A model generated the notes under the pieces. That model was not told the origin of the DNA. It made no database searches and saw only the letters and a program-made list of their open reading frames with translations. A stretch of DNA of 64,000 nt, taken from contig JBDRJV010000017.1 of assembly GCA_043814605.1 (NCBI GenBank), forward strand, positions 5,445-69,444, read 5' to 3'. The stretch is from Candidatus Omnitrophota bacterium (GTDB lineage Bacteria; Omnitrophota; Gorgyraeia; B26-G9). The first letter of the stretch is position 1. The number at the start of each line of letters is the position of its first letter. Positions 46,963 through 57,107 of the stretch are shown piece by piece. Both the position numbers and the translations under genes were made by a program.

Positions 46963-48462
46963 ATGAAAAGTTCTTACCAAGATGAATTATTTAATAAAGT
47001 TATTAATCATTCTAGCTGGCAAAATGAAGTCGAAAATTTTTCGAAAATTGTCGGGGGAACTGATTATTATATTATCCCGCATTGTCTGTATGATTCTGGC
47101 CACGGACAAAAAAAATTTATACCCAAGAAAAATACTAAAAAAAATATCAATTCCATACTAAATAAATTATTAACAAAAGCAAAAAAAGAATACCATCCAC
47201 AATATTTTACGGAAAACAACGGCAAAATCCATTACTGCATCCCCATAAAAAATGGCGAACAAATTTACGGCTATGTGGGGATTTGCAACCTGCGTAATAA
47301 AATTTCACAAAGTTTACTAGATTTATTTAATACTTTTACTTGTACTACTATTGAAAATGTACAAAAAGAAATTGAGGTAACCAAGCTTTATGAAACAATC
47401 CGCCCAAAAACAATCGCACTTTCGACTGTACACACAATTGGCAGAATTATTAGTTCCACTTTAGAAATTGATGAGCTGCTGCCGCGAATCGCCCGGCTTA
47501 GTTTACAAGTATTAAGGGCGCAAAGATGCGTAATACTGCTCGTTGATAAATATAAAAAGAATTTAATTCCCTATGCAATTGTAGATGTAAAAAACAAAAA
47601 AGCTGCACAAGAAACATTAAAAATGGGGCAGGGGATTGCCGGTAAAGTTGTAAAAACTGGAAATGCAATTGTACAGCCGAAATATTTATGCGTTCCTTTA
47701 ATTGCAGAAGAGCACATCATTGGAGCAATCAACATGTCTTATCGGCTAGATGGAAAAGCTTTTAGTATTTTTGATAAGGAAATTCTGGTTACACTTTCAG
47801 AACAAGCTGTAATTGCAATCAAAAATGCCCAACTTTACGACGAGCAAGAAAAGTTAACTTTGAACAGTATTAAAGCTTTGGCTTCAATCTTAAGCTCAGG
47901 GGTTGCGGACAATTATGGGCGATCTGATCTGTTTATTAATATAACAATGTCGATCGGCATGGAACTAAAATTAAGTTCTGATCAAATGCGCATGTTATAT
48001 TATGCATCAATTTTACATAATGTGAGTCAAATGGGATTACCGGATAAAATTTTAAGTAAAGCTACAAAATTAACGGGAAGAGATTATAAAATAATTAAGG
48101 AACAACACATTAAGGGAGCACAACTAATCCGGCCGATGGGGGGTAGGCTTAAAGCTGTTTTACCAATAATAATTCATCATCATGAGCGCTATGATGGCAA
48201 TGGATACCCTAGCGGTTTAAAAGCCGAAGATATCCCTCTCGGAGCACGAATCCTGGCGGTAGCGGACTCTTTTGAAGCAATGTTATCTAAACGGCCTTAC
48301 CGGAGAAAAATGTCAATTTCGCAAGCAGTTTCTGAAATAGTTAGATTTAGCGGTGAACAATTTGATCCGATTGTTGTTGATGCTTTTGCGCGTGTAATTC
48401 ACAGGTTCAAAAATAAAATTTTCAGAGGGAAACAAAATGCATGGATTTGGAAAAAATTATAA
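46963..48462 (+). CDS. GAF-domain HD-GYP phosphodiesterase
   Basis: GAF region in the middle. HD-GYP signature HHHERYDGNGYP. Confidence 0.85.
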   Translation: MKSSYQDELFNKVINHSSWQNEVENFSKIVGGTDYYIIPHCLYDSGHGQKKFIPKKNTKKNINSILNKLLTKAKKEYHPQYFTENNGKIHYCIPIKNGEQIYGYVGICNLRNKISQSLLDLFNTFTCTTIENVQKEIEVTKLYETIRPKTIALSTVHTIGRIISSTLEIDELLPRIARLSLQVLRAQRCVILLVDKYKKNLIPYAIVDVKNKKAAQETLKMGQGIAGKVVKTGNAIVQPKYLCVPLIAEEHIIGAINMSYRLDGKAFSIFDKEILVTLSEQAVIAIKNAQLYDEQEKLTLNSIKALASILSSGVADNYGRSDLFINITMSIGMELKLSSDQMRMLYYASILHNVSQMGLPDKILSKATKLTGRDYKIIKEQHIKGAQLIRPMGGRLKAVLPIIIHHHERYDGNGYPSGLKAEDIPLGARILAVADSFEAMLSKRPYRRKMSISQAVSEIVRFSGEQFDPIVVDAFARVIHRFKNKIFRGKQNAWIWKKL

Positions 48463-48858
48463 AATTAGAAATAAATAAAAAGTTTTACAATTTTTTAATG
48501 CATATCCAAATTGCATTGATAGTGTTAGAGGTATTGCCCGCTGGACAGAACTTAGTTTAGACACCACAAAAAAAACTTTAATAAGTCCGGTTAACTATAA
48601 TATTTTCAAGAATATAAAACTAATTCTGCTAGAGGATATTCTTACACACAAAATCAAAAATTAATCAAAAATATTAACCGCACACTAGATAAAATCAGTA
48701 ACTGACTATCCCGTCTAAAGTTATAAAAAACAGGAATTAATTATATAAGACTTAAAATTTTTAATAATAATAAAAAATACTTGTTTTATTAAAGTAATTT
48801 GTTATAATATACATAAATATAATAGTGGTTAACTATTGCTGATACAGGAGGTATCTCA

Positions 48859-49467
48859 ATGAATTACAAGAACAGGGAGGTTCAACCAGAGTTATTTAGC
48901 AGCATCAAAAAAACACAAAAAACAAGTGTTTTTAAAAAAAATTTATTCCGAAATGCTTATAAAATGACGTATTCGGTTTCTTTGGATACAATATTTGTAA
49001 TAATTATTGCGGTGTTAATGCTTAATTTAACATCGTTTGTTTTAGGAATAGAAAACGGAAAAGCTTTAAAAAATACTGCGCTGCAAAAAAGCAGTCCCGA
49101 AAACATAAAAACAACCCTTAAAGCAAAAAAAACAGCAGAGGTAATTGAAACAAAGGTCGTAAATATTATTAAGAGCGAGGAAAAAGAAATTTTAAAACTT
49201 CAGGAATCTACGGAAGATAAAGAAGACAAAACAGTAGTTAATTGTGGTTATGTTATTCAGCTGGTAACTTACAGCTGCGGCAGTACTGCCGAGCGGGAAG
49301 TTGAAAGCTTGGCCGCGCAAGGATTATCCGGATATGTGCATCAATCGGGGAAATATTTTGTTGTATTTTCGGATATATATGATTCAAAAGGTCTGGCATT
49401 AAAAAATTTAGATTTATTCAAAAAAAGATATAAAGATTGTTTTGTTAAAGTTCTAAAAAATTCTTGA
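48859..49467 (+). CDS. Membrane-anchored protein with C-terminal SPOR-like domain
   Basis: TM near residue 45. C-terminal ~75 aa resembles SPOR (…GYVIQL…SGYV…FVVF…). Possible TGTTATAAT promoter at ~48801. Confidence 0.5.
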   Translation: MNYKNREVQPELFSSIKKTQKTSVFKKNLFRNAYKMTYSVSLDTIFVIIIAVLMLNLTSFVLGIENGKALKNTALQKSSPENIKTTLKAKKTAEVIETKVVNIIKSEEKEILKLQESTEDKEDKTVVNCGYVIQLVTYSCGSTAEREVESLAAQGLSGYVHQSGKYFVVFSDIYDSKGLALKNLDLFKKRYKDCFVKVLKNS

Positions 49468-49489
49468 TTTTGAAAGGAGTGTAAAAGTA

Positions 49490-49735
49490 ATGTCAATTCA
49501 TCCCAGTTTAACCGCAGCTAAAGGAAAAAAACAAAGAAGTGTCCTTAAAAGATATGAACGGATTCAAAAATTACAAAAAGAAGGTAAATGGAAAGATGAA
49601 AGTTCCTCTTTTGGTTTACCTAAAGCTAAGGTTATTAAATTAAAATTAAAGAAAGTAAAAGCCGCGGAAACAAAAACTGAAGAAGCGGATAAGGCTGCCG
49701 ATAACAAAGAAGTTTCAAAACCTGCTTCCAAATAA
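49490..49735 (+). CDS. Small basic hypothetical protein (81 aa)
   Basis: Lys-rich, low complexity. GGAG SD. Confidence 0.4.
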   Translation: MSIHPSLTAAKGKKQRSVLKRYERIQKLQKEGKWKDESSSFGLPKAKVIKLKLKKVKAAETKTEEADKAADNKEVSKPASK

Positions 49736-49753
49736 AGCCATACCTTTAAAACA

Positions 49754-50860
49754 ATGAGAAGAATAATAATTTTTTTACTAATTATAGGTTTTATTTCAAT
49801 TTTAGTTTTGGCATCAAATACAGTTAATGGATTGGGTCAAAATTCAGAATTAAAAAAATATACAGGAATTATCACGGCTGATTCAGTTAACCTACGCAGC
49901 GGACCAGGCCTAAATTTTGAAATTTTAAGAAAAGTTGATTGCGGTGACTTAGTTTTAGTTGTGGACAAAGAGCTGGCTTGGGTTAAACTTAAATTACCGA
50001 GAAATTGTAATTCCTATGTGCACAAAGAATACATAACTGCGCTTAATGATATTAGCGGTCAAACTACATCTGATCGTGTCAATGTTCGCGCTGGTTGTGG
50101 TACAGAATTTAATGTGATTGGTCAGCTTAATAAACAAGATCCATTTGAAATTGTTGATTTTGACGGAGATTGGGTTAAAATCTATCCTTACACAAATTGT
50201 TTTGCCTGGGTACATGAAGATTTTGTAAAAATGCAGGGAGCGGCAGAAATATATGAAAAAGTTGAAAACATTAAAAAAGAAAGTGTAAGCCTTTTAATTA
50301 GCGCCGAAGAATTTGAAAAAATTTATTTGGCTGAGCAAAATCAAAGCAATGATAAAGCGCCGATTTTGCAAAAATATCAGGCAATCATGCGTGATTATCC
50401 TAAGTCTGAAGCCGCAAATATTGCTAAAAAACACATCGAACAGTTAGTTGATTCAGCAACTCCTGAGACTGAAATTAAACCTGCAGAAACAATAGATCCT
50501 CAGCTGAACCCAAGCCCAAACACTGTTAAAAAAACAAAAAGCGCTGAGAAAAAAATTTTTGTCTCCAAAAAAACAGTTTTAATTAACACCCCGGTAAAAG
50601 CTGACATTGTGCAACTTCCTCTGCCGAAAGAAGAACCAATTGCCCAGGGGAAATTACTAGATGCCGGCAGAGTTTTAAACCGTACCGGAACTCATAAATT
50701 ATATGATAAAGATAAACAAATAATTTATGATTTAAAAAGCTCACTGCTGGATTTAAATAAATTTATCTATTATAAAGTAAAAATCTGGGGAAAAATAGAT
50801 AATGATAAAAATCATAAACATCCTTTAATTGAGGTAAGCTATATTCAAAAATTAAATTAA
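49754..50860 (+). CDS. Membrane-anchored protein with two bacterial SH3 (SH3b) domains
   Basis: Two repeats of the pattern …VNLRSGPG…F…G..V.V……WVK(L/I). Confidence 0.6.
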   Translation: MRRIIIFLLIIGFISILVLASNTVNGLGQNSELKKYTGIITADSVNLRSGPGLNFEILRKVDCGDLVLVVDKELAWVKLKLPRNCNSYVHKEYITALNDISGQTTSDRVNVRAGCGTEFNVIGQLNKQDPFEIVDFDGDWVKIYPYTNCFAWVHEDFVKMQGAAEIYEKVENIKKESVSLLISAEEFEKIYLAEQNQSNDKAPILQKYQAIMRDYPKSEAANIAKKHIEQLVDSATPETEIKPAETIDPQLNPSPNTVKKTKSAEKKIFVSKKTVLINTPVKADIVQLPLPKEEPIAQGKLLDAGRVLNRTGTHKLYDKDKQIIYDLKSSLLDLNKFIYYKVKIWGKIDNDKNHKHPLIEVSYIQKLN

Positions 50861-50875
50861 AAAAAGTTTTAATTA

Positions 50876-51460
50876 ATGAATCTGACAAATCCTTTAGTTC
50901 TTAGATTTTTTATTAATTTGCCGGCTTTTTTAGTTGCCTTGGTTGTCCATGAATATGCCCACGGGTTTACAGCTTATAAATTTGGTGATTACACAGCCAA
51001 ACATATGGGGCGGCTAACTTTTAATCCACTGGCACATATTGATTTATTTGGTACAATATTATTGCCGCTTTTTTTAATCATTCAACATGCCCCTTTTGTT
51101 GTTGGCTGGGCCAAACCTGTACCGGTTAATTTTTATAATTTAGATAACCCCAAAAAAAACATGATTTGGGTAGCTTTAGCCGGGCCAGCGGCAAATTTTA
51201 TTACTGCCGGAGTAATTTATTTTTTTCTAAAGTTAGGGATTTTAACTAACCCGCTGTTAATGAGCTTCTTAATTAATGTTTTTTTAATAAATATTGTCTT
51301 AGGATTATTTAACCTTATTCCCATTCCACCTTTAGACGGTTCTCGAATCTTAATGGGAATTTTACCTTTAAAATTAGCCCGGATTTATGCTAAAATAAAA
51401 CCGATTTATGGTATGATAATATTAATATTTTTGCTGGCTATTTTAAGGAGAATATTTTAG
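50876..51460 (+). CDS. Site-2 protease family (M50) membrane metalloprotease
   Basis: HEYAH in TM1 and the NLIPIPPLDG motif. Confidence 0.8.
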   Translation: MNLTNPLVLRFFINLPAFLVALVVHEYAHGFTAYKFGDYTAKHMGRLTFNPLAHIDLFGTILLPLFLIIQHAPFVVGWAKPVPVNFYNLDNPKKNMIWVALAGPAANFITAGVIYFFLKLGILTNPLLMSFLINVFLINIVLGLFNLIPIPPLDGSRILMGILPLKLARIYAKIKPIYGMIILIFLLAILRRIF

Positions 51461-52554
51461 TGAAAACAATAAAGGTGAATTTAAATAACAGGTCTTACCC
51501 GATTATTATTAATGCTGATGATTTTAAACAATTAGCGCAACTGATCTTAAAATTAAATTTAGGTACAGATGCATTCATAATTACCAATTCCCGCATTGCT
51601 AAATTATATGCCGGTAAATTAAAAAAGGCTTTGGCAGGTATAAAAATTAAATTTTTCTTCAAAACAGTTAAAGATTCTGAAACCAGTAAATCAATCGATG
51701 AATACATGAAGACAGTAAAAGCAATTTCCGCAATGGATACAGGCAAAAGAATTTTTATTATTGCACTCGGCGGGGGAGTGATCGGGGATTTAAGCGGTTT
51801 TGTTGCGGCTACATATAAAAGAGGTATTAATTATGTGCAAGTTCCCACAACTTTACTGGCTCAAGTTGATTCAGCCATTGGCGGGAAAACAGCGGTTGAT
51901 TTAGCTACGGGTAAAAATTTGGTGGGAGCTTTTTATCAGCCGCGTATTGTTTATTCTAATATTAGTGTGCTTAAAAGTTTGCCCCGGCGCCAAATCAAAA
52001 GCGGATTAGCCGAAATTATTAAATACGGTGTTATTGTCGAACCCAGGTTGTTTAATTTCTGCGATAAAAATTATAAAAAAATCTTAGCTTTAGAAGAAAG
52101 GTCTTTAAGCTACATCATCAGCACTGCCAGTAAAATTAAAGCTAAAATTGTTAGTTTTGATGAAAAAGAAACAAAAGGAATGCGTACTATTTTAAATTTT
52201 GGCCACACGATTGGACATGCACTGGAAACAGCCGTTAATTATAAAACTCTCAATCATGGCGAAGCAATTAGTATCGGGATGGTATGTGCGGCTGAAATTG
52301 CAGAAGAATTAGGAATTATGGAAAAATCACACACTCAAAATTTAATTAAAATTCTAAAAAAATTTAAACTTCCTGTAAGCATTAAAAATGTAAATATAAA
52401 AAAAGTGTTTGCGGCATTTTATCATGATAAAAAATTCATTAATGGTAAAATCCGCATGATTTTACCGACAAGAATCGGGCATGTAATTGTCAGTGAAAAT
52501 ATTCAATTATCAATCATAAAAAAAGTGATGGAGAAAAGGTTAAGGGCAAAATGA
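51460..52554 (+). CDS. aroB: 3-dehydroquinate synthase
   Basis: GGGVIGDLSGF, NAD-binding and metal-binding His blocks (HTIGHALE). Confidence 0.9.
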   Translation: MKTIKVNLNNRSYPIIINADDFKQLAQLILKLNLGTDAFIITNSRIAKLYAGKLKKALAGIKIKFFFKTVKDSETSKSIDEYMKTVKAISAMDTGKRIFIIALGGGVIGDLSGFVAATYKRGINYVQVPTTLLAQVDSAIGGKTAVDLATGKNLVGAFYQPRIVYSNISVLKSLPRRQIKSGLAEIIKYGVIVEPRLFNFCDKNYKKILALEERSLSYIISTASKIKAKIVSFDEKETKGMRTILNFGHTIGHALETAVNYKTLNHGEAISIGMVCAAEIAEELGIMEKSHTQNLIKILKKFKLPVSIKNVNIKKVFAAFYHDKKFINGKIRMILPTRIGHVIVSENIQLSIIKKVMEKRLRAK

Positions 52555-53027
52555 ATATAAAAATCAGAAGATATGAAGACCAAGATAAACCGCAAGTAAT
52601 TAAATTGATAAATTCTATCCTTAAAAATGAATATGATTTGGCTAAAGAAACATATTCAAATTTCGATATCCATAATATTAATGAAGTTTACGGGGGAAAA
52701 AGAGATTTATTTTTAGTCGCTGTTGTCGGTAATAGTGTTGTGGGAACAATTGCCGTAAAAGAAGATGACCGTAATAGCGCGCTCCTGCGTAGAATTTTTG
52801 TTTCTAGTGAATTTCGCGGGATTGGCTTAGGAAAAAAACTTATATTAGAAGCTATTCAATTTTGTGAAGAAAAAAAATTTCGTATTATTAATTTCTGCTC
52901 AACTGACAAAATGGAAGCAGCAAACAATTTGTGTAAAAAAAATGGTTTTTCGCGGCGTGCCTGCATGTCTCTGGGGCCAGTTAAGTTATTAAAATTTACC
53001 CGAAAACTACGGTCAAATTCTCGATAA
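52551..53027 (+). CDS. GNAT family N-acetyltransferase
   Basis: Motif A-like RRIFVSSEFRGIGLGKKL. Confidence 0.8.
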   Translation: MNIKIRRYEDQDKPQVIKLINSILKNEYDLAKETYSNFDIHNINEVYGGKRDLFLVAVVGNSVVGTIAVKEDDRNSALLRRIFVSSEFRGIGLGKKLILEAIQFCEEKKFRIINFCSTDKMEAANNLCKKNGFSRRACMSLGPVKLLKFTRKLRSNSR

Positions 53028-53040
53028 TTTTTTTTGCTTA

Positions 53041-53619
53041 ATGAAAAAACAGTCTGAAAAAAACTTATTTAGCGGTAAATGGATTAGTTTAACAGAACTC
53101 ACCTTTAAAACTAAAAATAATCAGATTATTTACTGGGAAGGCATAAAACGCATTAATACCCATATTATTCTCGTAATTGTGCCAATTATTAAACCGCATA
53201 ATCAATATATCCTGATCAAACAGTTTCGGCCGTCTGTGAATAATGTAGTCATTGGTTTCCCGGCAGGAATTCTGGATTTAAAAAATACGGCAAAAAATTC
53301 CGCAAAAATTGATATTGAAACCCAAGCTTTAAAAGAATTAAAAGAAGAAACTGGGTATACAGGGATTATAACGGATATCAGCCCGGAACTTGTTTTTAAC
53401 CCAGCCTTAAGCAATGAAAGGGTCTATATAGTCAGTGCGGAAATCGATGCAAATAACCCCTTAAATTTGCATCCTGTGCAGCAATTAGAGCCAGCTGAGG
53501 AAATCGACGTTGTTTTAGTGGATAAGGTTAAAATCAAGGAATATTTAATCCAAGAACGAAAAAATGGCTTAGAAATTGGGGTCGCACTTTGGTATTTATT
53601 TGGTATACCGCAATTTTAA
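53041..53619 (+). CDS. NUDIX hydrolase
   Basis: Nudix box GFPAGILD…ALKELKEETGY. Confidence 0.8.
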   Translation: MKKQSEKNLFSGKWISLTELTFKTKNNQIIYWEGIKRINTHIILVIVPIIKPHNQYILIKQFRPSVNNVVIGFPAGILDLKNTAKNSAKIDIETQALKELKEETGYTGIITDISPELVFNPALSNERVYIVSAEIDANNPLNLHPVQQLEPAEEIDVVLVDKVKIKEYLIQERKNGLEIGVALWYLFGIPQF

Positions 53620-53622
53620 ATT

Positions 53623-54249
53623 ATGCCGATGAAAAAAGACAGCTTTCAAGGAAAACAGGCTAAAATGTCTCTTTTTTCAGCATTTTCAATTATAATGCTG
53701 ATACTAATTATAGTTTCTGCCTGGATATTACTGGAACAAGCGCAGAATTTATATTGGGATCATTTTATGTCCAAAAGAAAATTTAAAAAGCATCAAATCG
53801 GAATTTTTCATAAAAATAATATATCAGTATGGGATAAAATTAAGAACAATCTGGAAACTTTAAATAGAAAAACTGAATTAAACAATAATATTAAAACAGT
53901 TATTCAGCTGCTTGAAAAATATGCTAGAGCGCAAGAAATTTATTATAAAAATTATGGGATTTACGCAGAAAATTCAGCTTCTTTAATTATTAAGGCTCAG
54001 GATGGGCAATTTCAGCTTATCGATGCCGATTTAAAGGTGATATCAATGTCCAATAGCAGGCAAGAACCATATTGCGGTTATACGTTTAAACAAGCCATAA
54101 TCAAGGATTCTAATCAGAAAAGCACAGGATTCACATTATTCGCAATCCCAGCCAAAAATGAGTTAGCCGGTCCTAATATTCTATGTATAGACAATCAGGG
54201 AATAGTAAAATATGATCACCCTAAAGGGGAAGCAGTTACGGTTTTCTGA
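53623..54249 (+). CDS. Hypothetical N-terminally anchored protein
   Basis: Single TM. Not a clear prepilin (no G-F-T-L-x-E). Confidence 0.45.
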   Translation: MPMKKDSFQGKQAKMSLFSAFSIIMLILIIVSAWILLEQAQNLYWDHFMSKRKFKKHQIGIFHKNNISVWDKIKNNLETLNRKTELNNNIKTVIQLLEKYARAQEIYYKNYGIYAENSASLIIKAQDGQFQLIDADLKVISMSNSRQEPYCGYTFKQAIIKDSNQKSTGFTLFAIPAKNELAGPNILCIDNQGIVKYDHPKGEAVTVF

Positions 54250-54653
54250 TAATTAGCCATAAATCCATAACTCATTGAAAATCCGTCGGAAAAGCATTCT
54301 CGAGAACATACGATTAAGTTAACATAACATATATTATAGGAAGTTAGCTAAATTATGGGATTGCCTCCCAAATATGCTAATTTTAAGGGATTTGGCTTTT
54401 AGGGTTCGTTCTGGAACTTATCCAGAGGTTATCCCCAGGCTTGTGCGGTGTCTCTGAGATTCAACAGTGTTGATCGTGTGGTGTAGAATAAATACTGCGT
54501 GCGGCGTATACCTAATTAGACGTCCTCCCCAGTAAACAACTTTACTCCCATGATTATCTATGAGTAAGCATAATAAATAAAATAGTAAAAATTAGAAATG
54601 ATTGGTTATTTTAGGTTTTTATTATATTTTTGAAGTTAATAGACTGGTTATTT

Positions 54654-55376
54654 TTAAAAATAAGCATTAAAATGATGCTCAATCTCATCAAGAATATTCA
54701 TATCTAATCTAAAAGCCATAAAATTAACCGAAGAATTCAGTTTAACCAAGGCATTCAGCACTGCATCTTTATCTACAATATTACGTAATTTTGCACAAAA
54801 ATTTTGATTAACTGCCTGGATTTCATCAAAAGTTTTATTAAGCTTAATTAAATCCCAATCGCCGCTAATTCCCTTTCGGTTAAGAAAATATTGTGCGAGT
54901 AAATACATGGTAATCATCCGGTACATTGTTTCTTCTGTTGTGGCAAACGGCAAGTGATATCTGACCATGGGTTTTAATTTTTCCATAACCGGACAGCCGC
55001 TGGTAACCATATATATCCCCATTAAGGAACTTAACCCTATTTGTAAGGATGTTTCTTTAAAAAAAGAACGCTCTTTTGTTTGAATGGAAAGGTCCACCTC
55101 AGTAAAAGAAATTGAATCCTGAAAAGAACCAACCAGGTCTAAAAGATTTAAAACAACAGGACAATAACCGCCATATTCACTCTTTTCCAAACTACAACTG
55201 GAGCACTTAAAATTCTCAAGCTTCGCCCATTCCGGACCGGCTAAAATAGATTTTTGCTTAACCAAATGTAAATTATTATCTAATTTTACCGTAAATTCTT
55301 TTGCCGAACCATCCTTAAACTTAAATAAATAATTAAAATTAATCGTTTCATTTTCTCCCGGATTTAAAAAATTCAT
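54654..55376 (-). CDS. Hypothetical protein (240 aa) with CxxC and GYCP motifs
   Basis: ORF, convergent with upstream gene. No family recognised. Confidence 0.45.
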   Translation of the reverse strand: MNFLNPGENETINFNYLFKFKDGSAKEFTVKLDNNLHLVKQKSILAGPEWAKLENFKCSSCSLEKSEYGGYCPVVLNLLDLVGSFQDSISFTEVDLSIQTKERSFFKETSLQIGLSSLMGIYMVTSGCPVMEKLKPMVRYHLPFATTEETMYRMITMYLLAQYFLNRKGISGDWDLIKLNKTFDEIQAVNQNFCAKLRNIVDKDAVLNALVKLNSSVNFMAFRLDMNILDEIEHHFNAYF

Positions 55377-55537
55377 TCCTCCCCCTTTAATTTTTTTAAG
55401 TTTATTAGTAAATTATATCTCAGAAAAACCCAAATCCCAAACATTTTTTTCTGCGCTGCCGAAGTTGACTTTTCAATCCGCAGCCCTAATTTTTATTTTC
55501 TTTAAAAAATAAAAAAAATAGTGTAAAATAATTTTAT

Positions 55538-57085
55538 ATGAGAAGGAAAACTCTGACAATATTTTTTGCGGATGTGCAAGGCTATACTATCCGCACTGGG
55601 CGTCAGACCAGAGAGCAAAACGAAATTTTCGTAAAAGAAATCCGCACTTTTGTTGAAGATAATATTAAGGAAAAAGGCGGCACTTTTGTCAAAGCCATGG
55701 GTGATGGATTTCTGGGGACTTTTGAATCCCCTACGGATGCTGTTGGCTGCGGCCAGCAAATGCAGAAAAAAATTGATGAACGCAATTCTAATGTACTCAG
55801 ACAAGATAATTTTATCCGGTTCAGGATAGGAATCAGTACAGGTGAAGTCACTTTGGATGATTCCGGTGATGTTTTTGGTGATGCGGTAAATATCGCTGCC
55901 CGTATTCAAAAATTCGCATCTCCGAATGATGTTTATATTTCTGAGGCCACTTACCTGGCCATGAATAAATCTGAAATTAAAGCCCAGGATTTAGGCCCGC
56001 AAAGATTTAAAAATGTACTCCACGAAATCAGAGTTTATAAAGTTTTTCAGGGCTTGCCGGAATTATCCGAGTTGCCCTTAGGTCCTGATAAAAACAAAAA
56101 ATCTCCCTTTTTAAAAAAGATACTAATCCCCGTTGCAATTATTACAGTTATCGTAGTTTTATTCTTATTTCTAAAGAGCCTCTCCCCTGCCCGCCTTAAT
56201 AATAAAGAATATAATTTTGAACATAATTATCAGCCGGATATTGAAAAATTAATGGCTGATGGCAATTTCGGACCGATTATTGGCTGGGCGGAAAGCCAAT
56301 TAGAAAAAACCCCGCAGGATATAAATATGCATGAATTATTAGCAGAAGTTTTTCAAAAAATGCGCGACTGGGATCAAGCTGAATTTCATTTGAAAAGTAT
56401 TGCAGAAATAGTTCCGAATGAGCCTTTTGCCTATATGGCCATGGCAGATATTTTTGAACAAACTGGGCGTAATGAACAGGCAATTCAAATGCTGGCTGAA
56501 TATATTAATCGCGAACCAAATCAATATAAACGAAGAAAAGCACTTGACCGCATGAAGGATATTGAAGCCAGAATTAAAGAACAAGCCTTAGAGCTTAATC
56601 AGCATACACCGACAGAATATAAACCACAATATAATAATCAGCCTCTGCCAGCGCCTTACCCTAATGAAAATAATCAAAATAACGCTTTTAGGGATTCACG
56701 CGATTGGCGAGAAAATGCTCCTATTCCTGACATTCAAAGATTAATGCAAGAAGGAAATTATGGGGAAATAATTGAGTGGGCTCAAGGCGAACTTGAACGA
56801 AATCCGGATAATTTAGAAGCCCATGAGTTATTAAGCAGAGTTTATTTGGAAATGCGAAACTGGGGACAAGCCGAAATGCATTTAAGAGAAGTGATGCAGA
56901 TGATGCCTGATAATACCCTGCTTTATTTTCGCTTAGCGGTGATTTACGAAAAGGCCAACCAAATCGATAATGCTATCCATACATTGCGTTTGTTTATAAA
57001 TAAGGAAAATGATCCGCAAAAAAAACAAAAAGCAATCCGAAAAGTAAAGCAATTAGAACGCCGTAAATACCATCCTCAATTTTGA
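55538..57085 (+). CDS. Class III adenylate/guanylate cyclase (CHD) – TM – tandem TPR-like modules
   Basis: FADVQGYT, metal-binding Asp, GDGF, and FRIGISTGEV…GDAVNIAARI blocks. One TM at ~190. Two ~150-aa internally repeated TPR-like segments. Confidence 0.8.
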   Translation: MRRKTLTIFFADVQGYTIRTGRQTREQNEIFVKEIRTFVEDNIKEKGGTFVKAMGDGFLGTFESPTDAVGCGQQMQKKIDERNSNVLRQDNFIRFRIGISTGEVTLDDSGDVFGDAVNIAARIQKFASPNDVYISEATYLAMNKSEIKAQDLGPQRFKNVLHEIRVYKVFQGLPELSELPLGPDKNKKSPFLKKILIPVAIITVIVVLFLFLKSLSPARLNNKEYNFEHNYQPDIEKLMADGNFGPIIGWAESQLEKTPQDINMHELLAEVFQKMRDWDQAEFHLKSIAEIVPNEPFAYMAMADIFEQTGRNEQAIQMLAEYINREPNQYKRRKALDRMKDIEARIKEQALELNQHTPTEYKPQYNNQPLPAPYPNENNQNNAFRDSRDWRENAPIPDIQRLMQEGNYGEIIEWAQGELERNPDNLEAHELLSRVYLEMRNWGQAEMHLREVMQMMPDNTLLYFRLAVIYEKANQIDNAIHTLRLFINKENDPQKKQKAIRKVKQLERRKYHPQF

Positions 57086-57107
57086 TTTTTCCCAAATCTT
57101 TAAGCCA

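Noticed and set aside
53623-54249. Prepilin/pseudopilin call for the 208-aa protein
   Set aside because: Lacks the G|F-T-L-x-E class III signal. It is only a generic N-terminal TM anchor.
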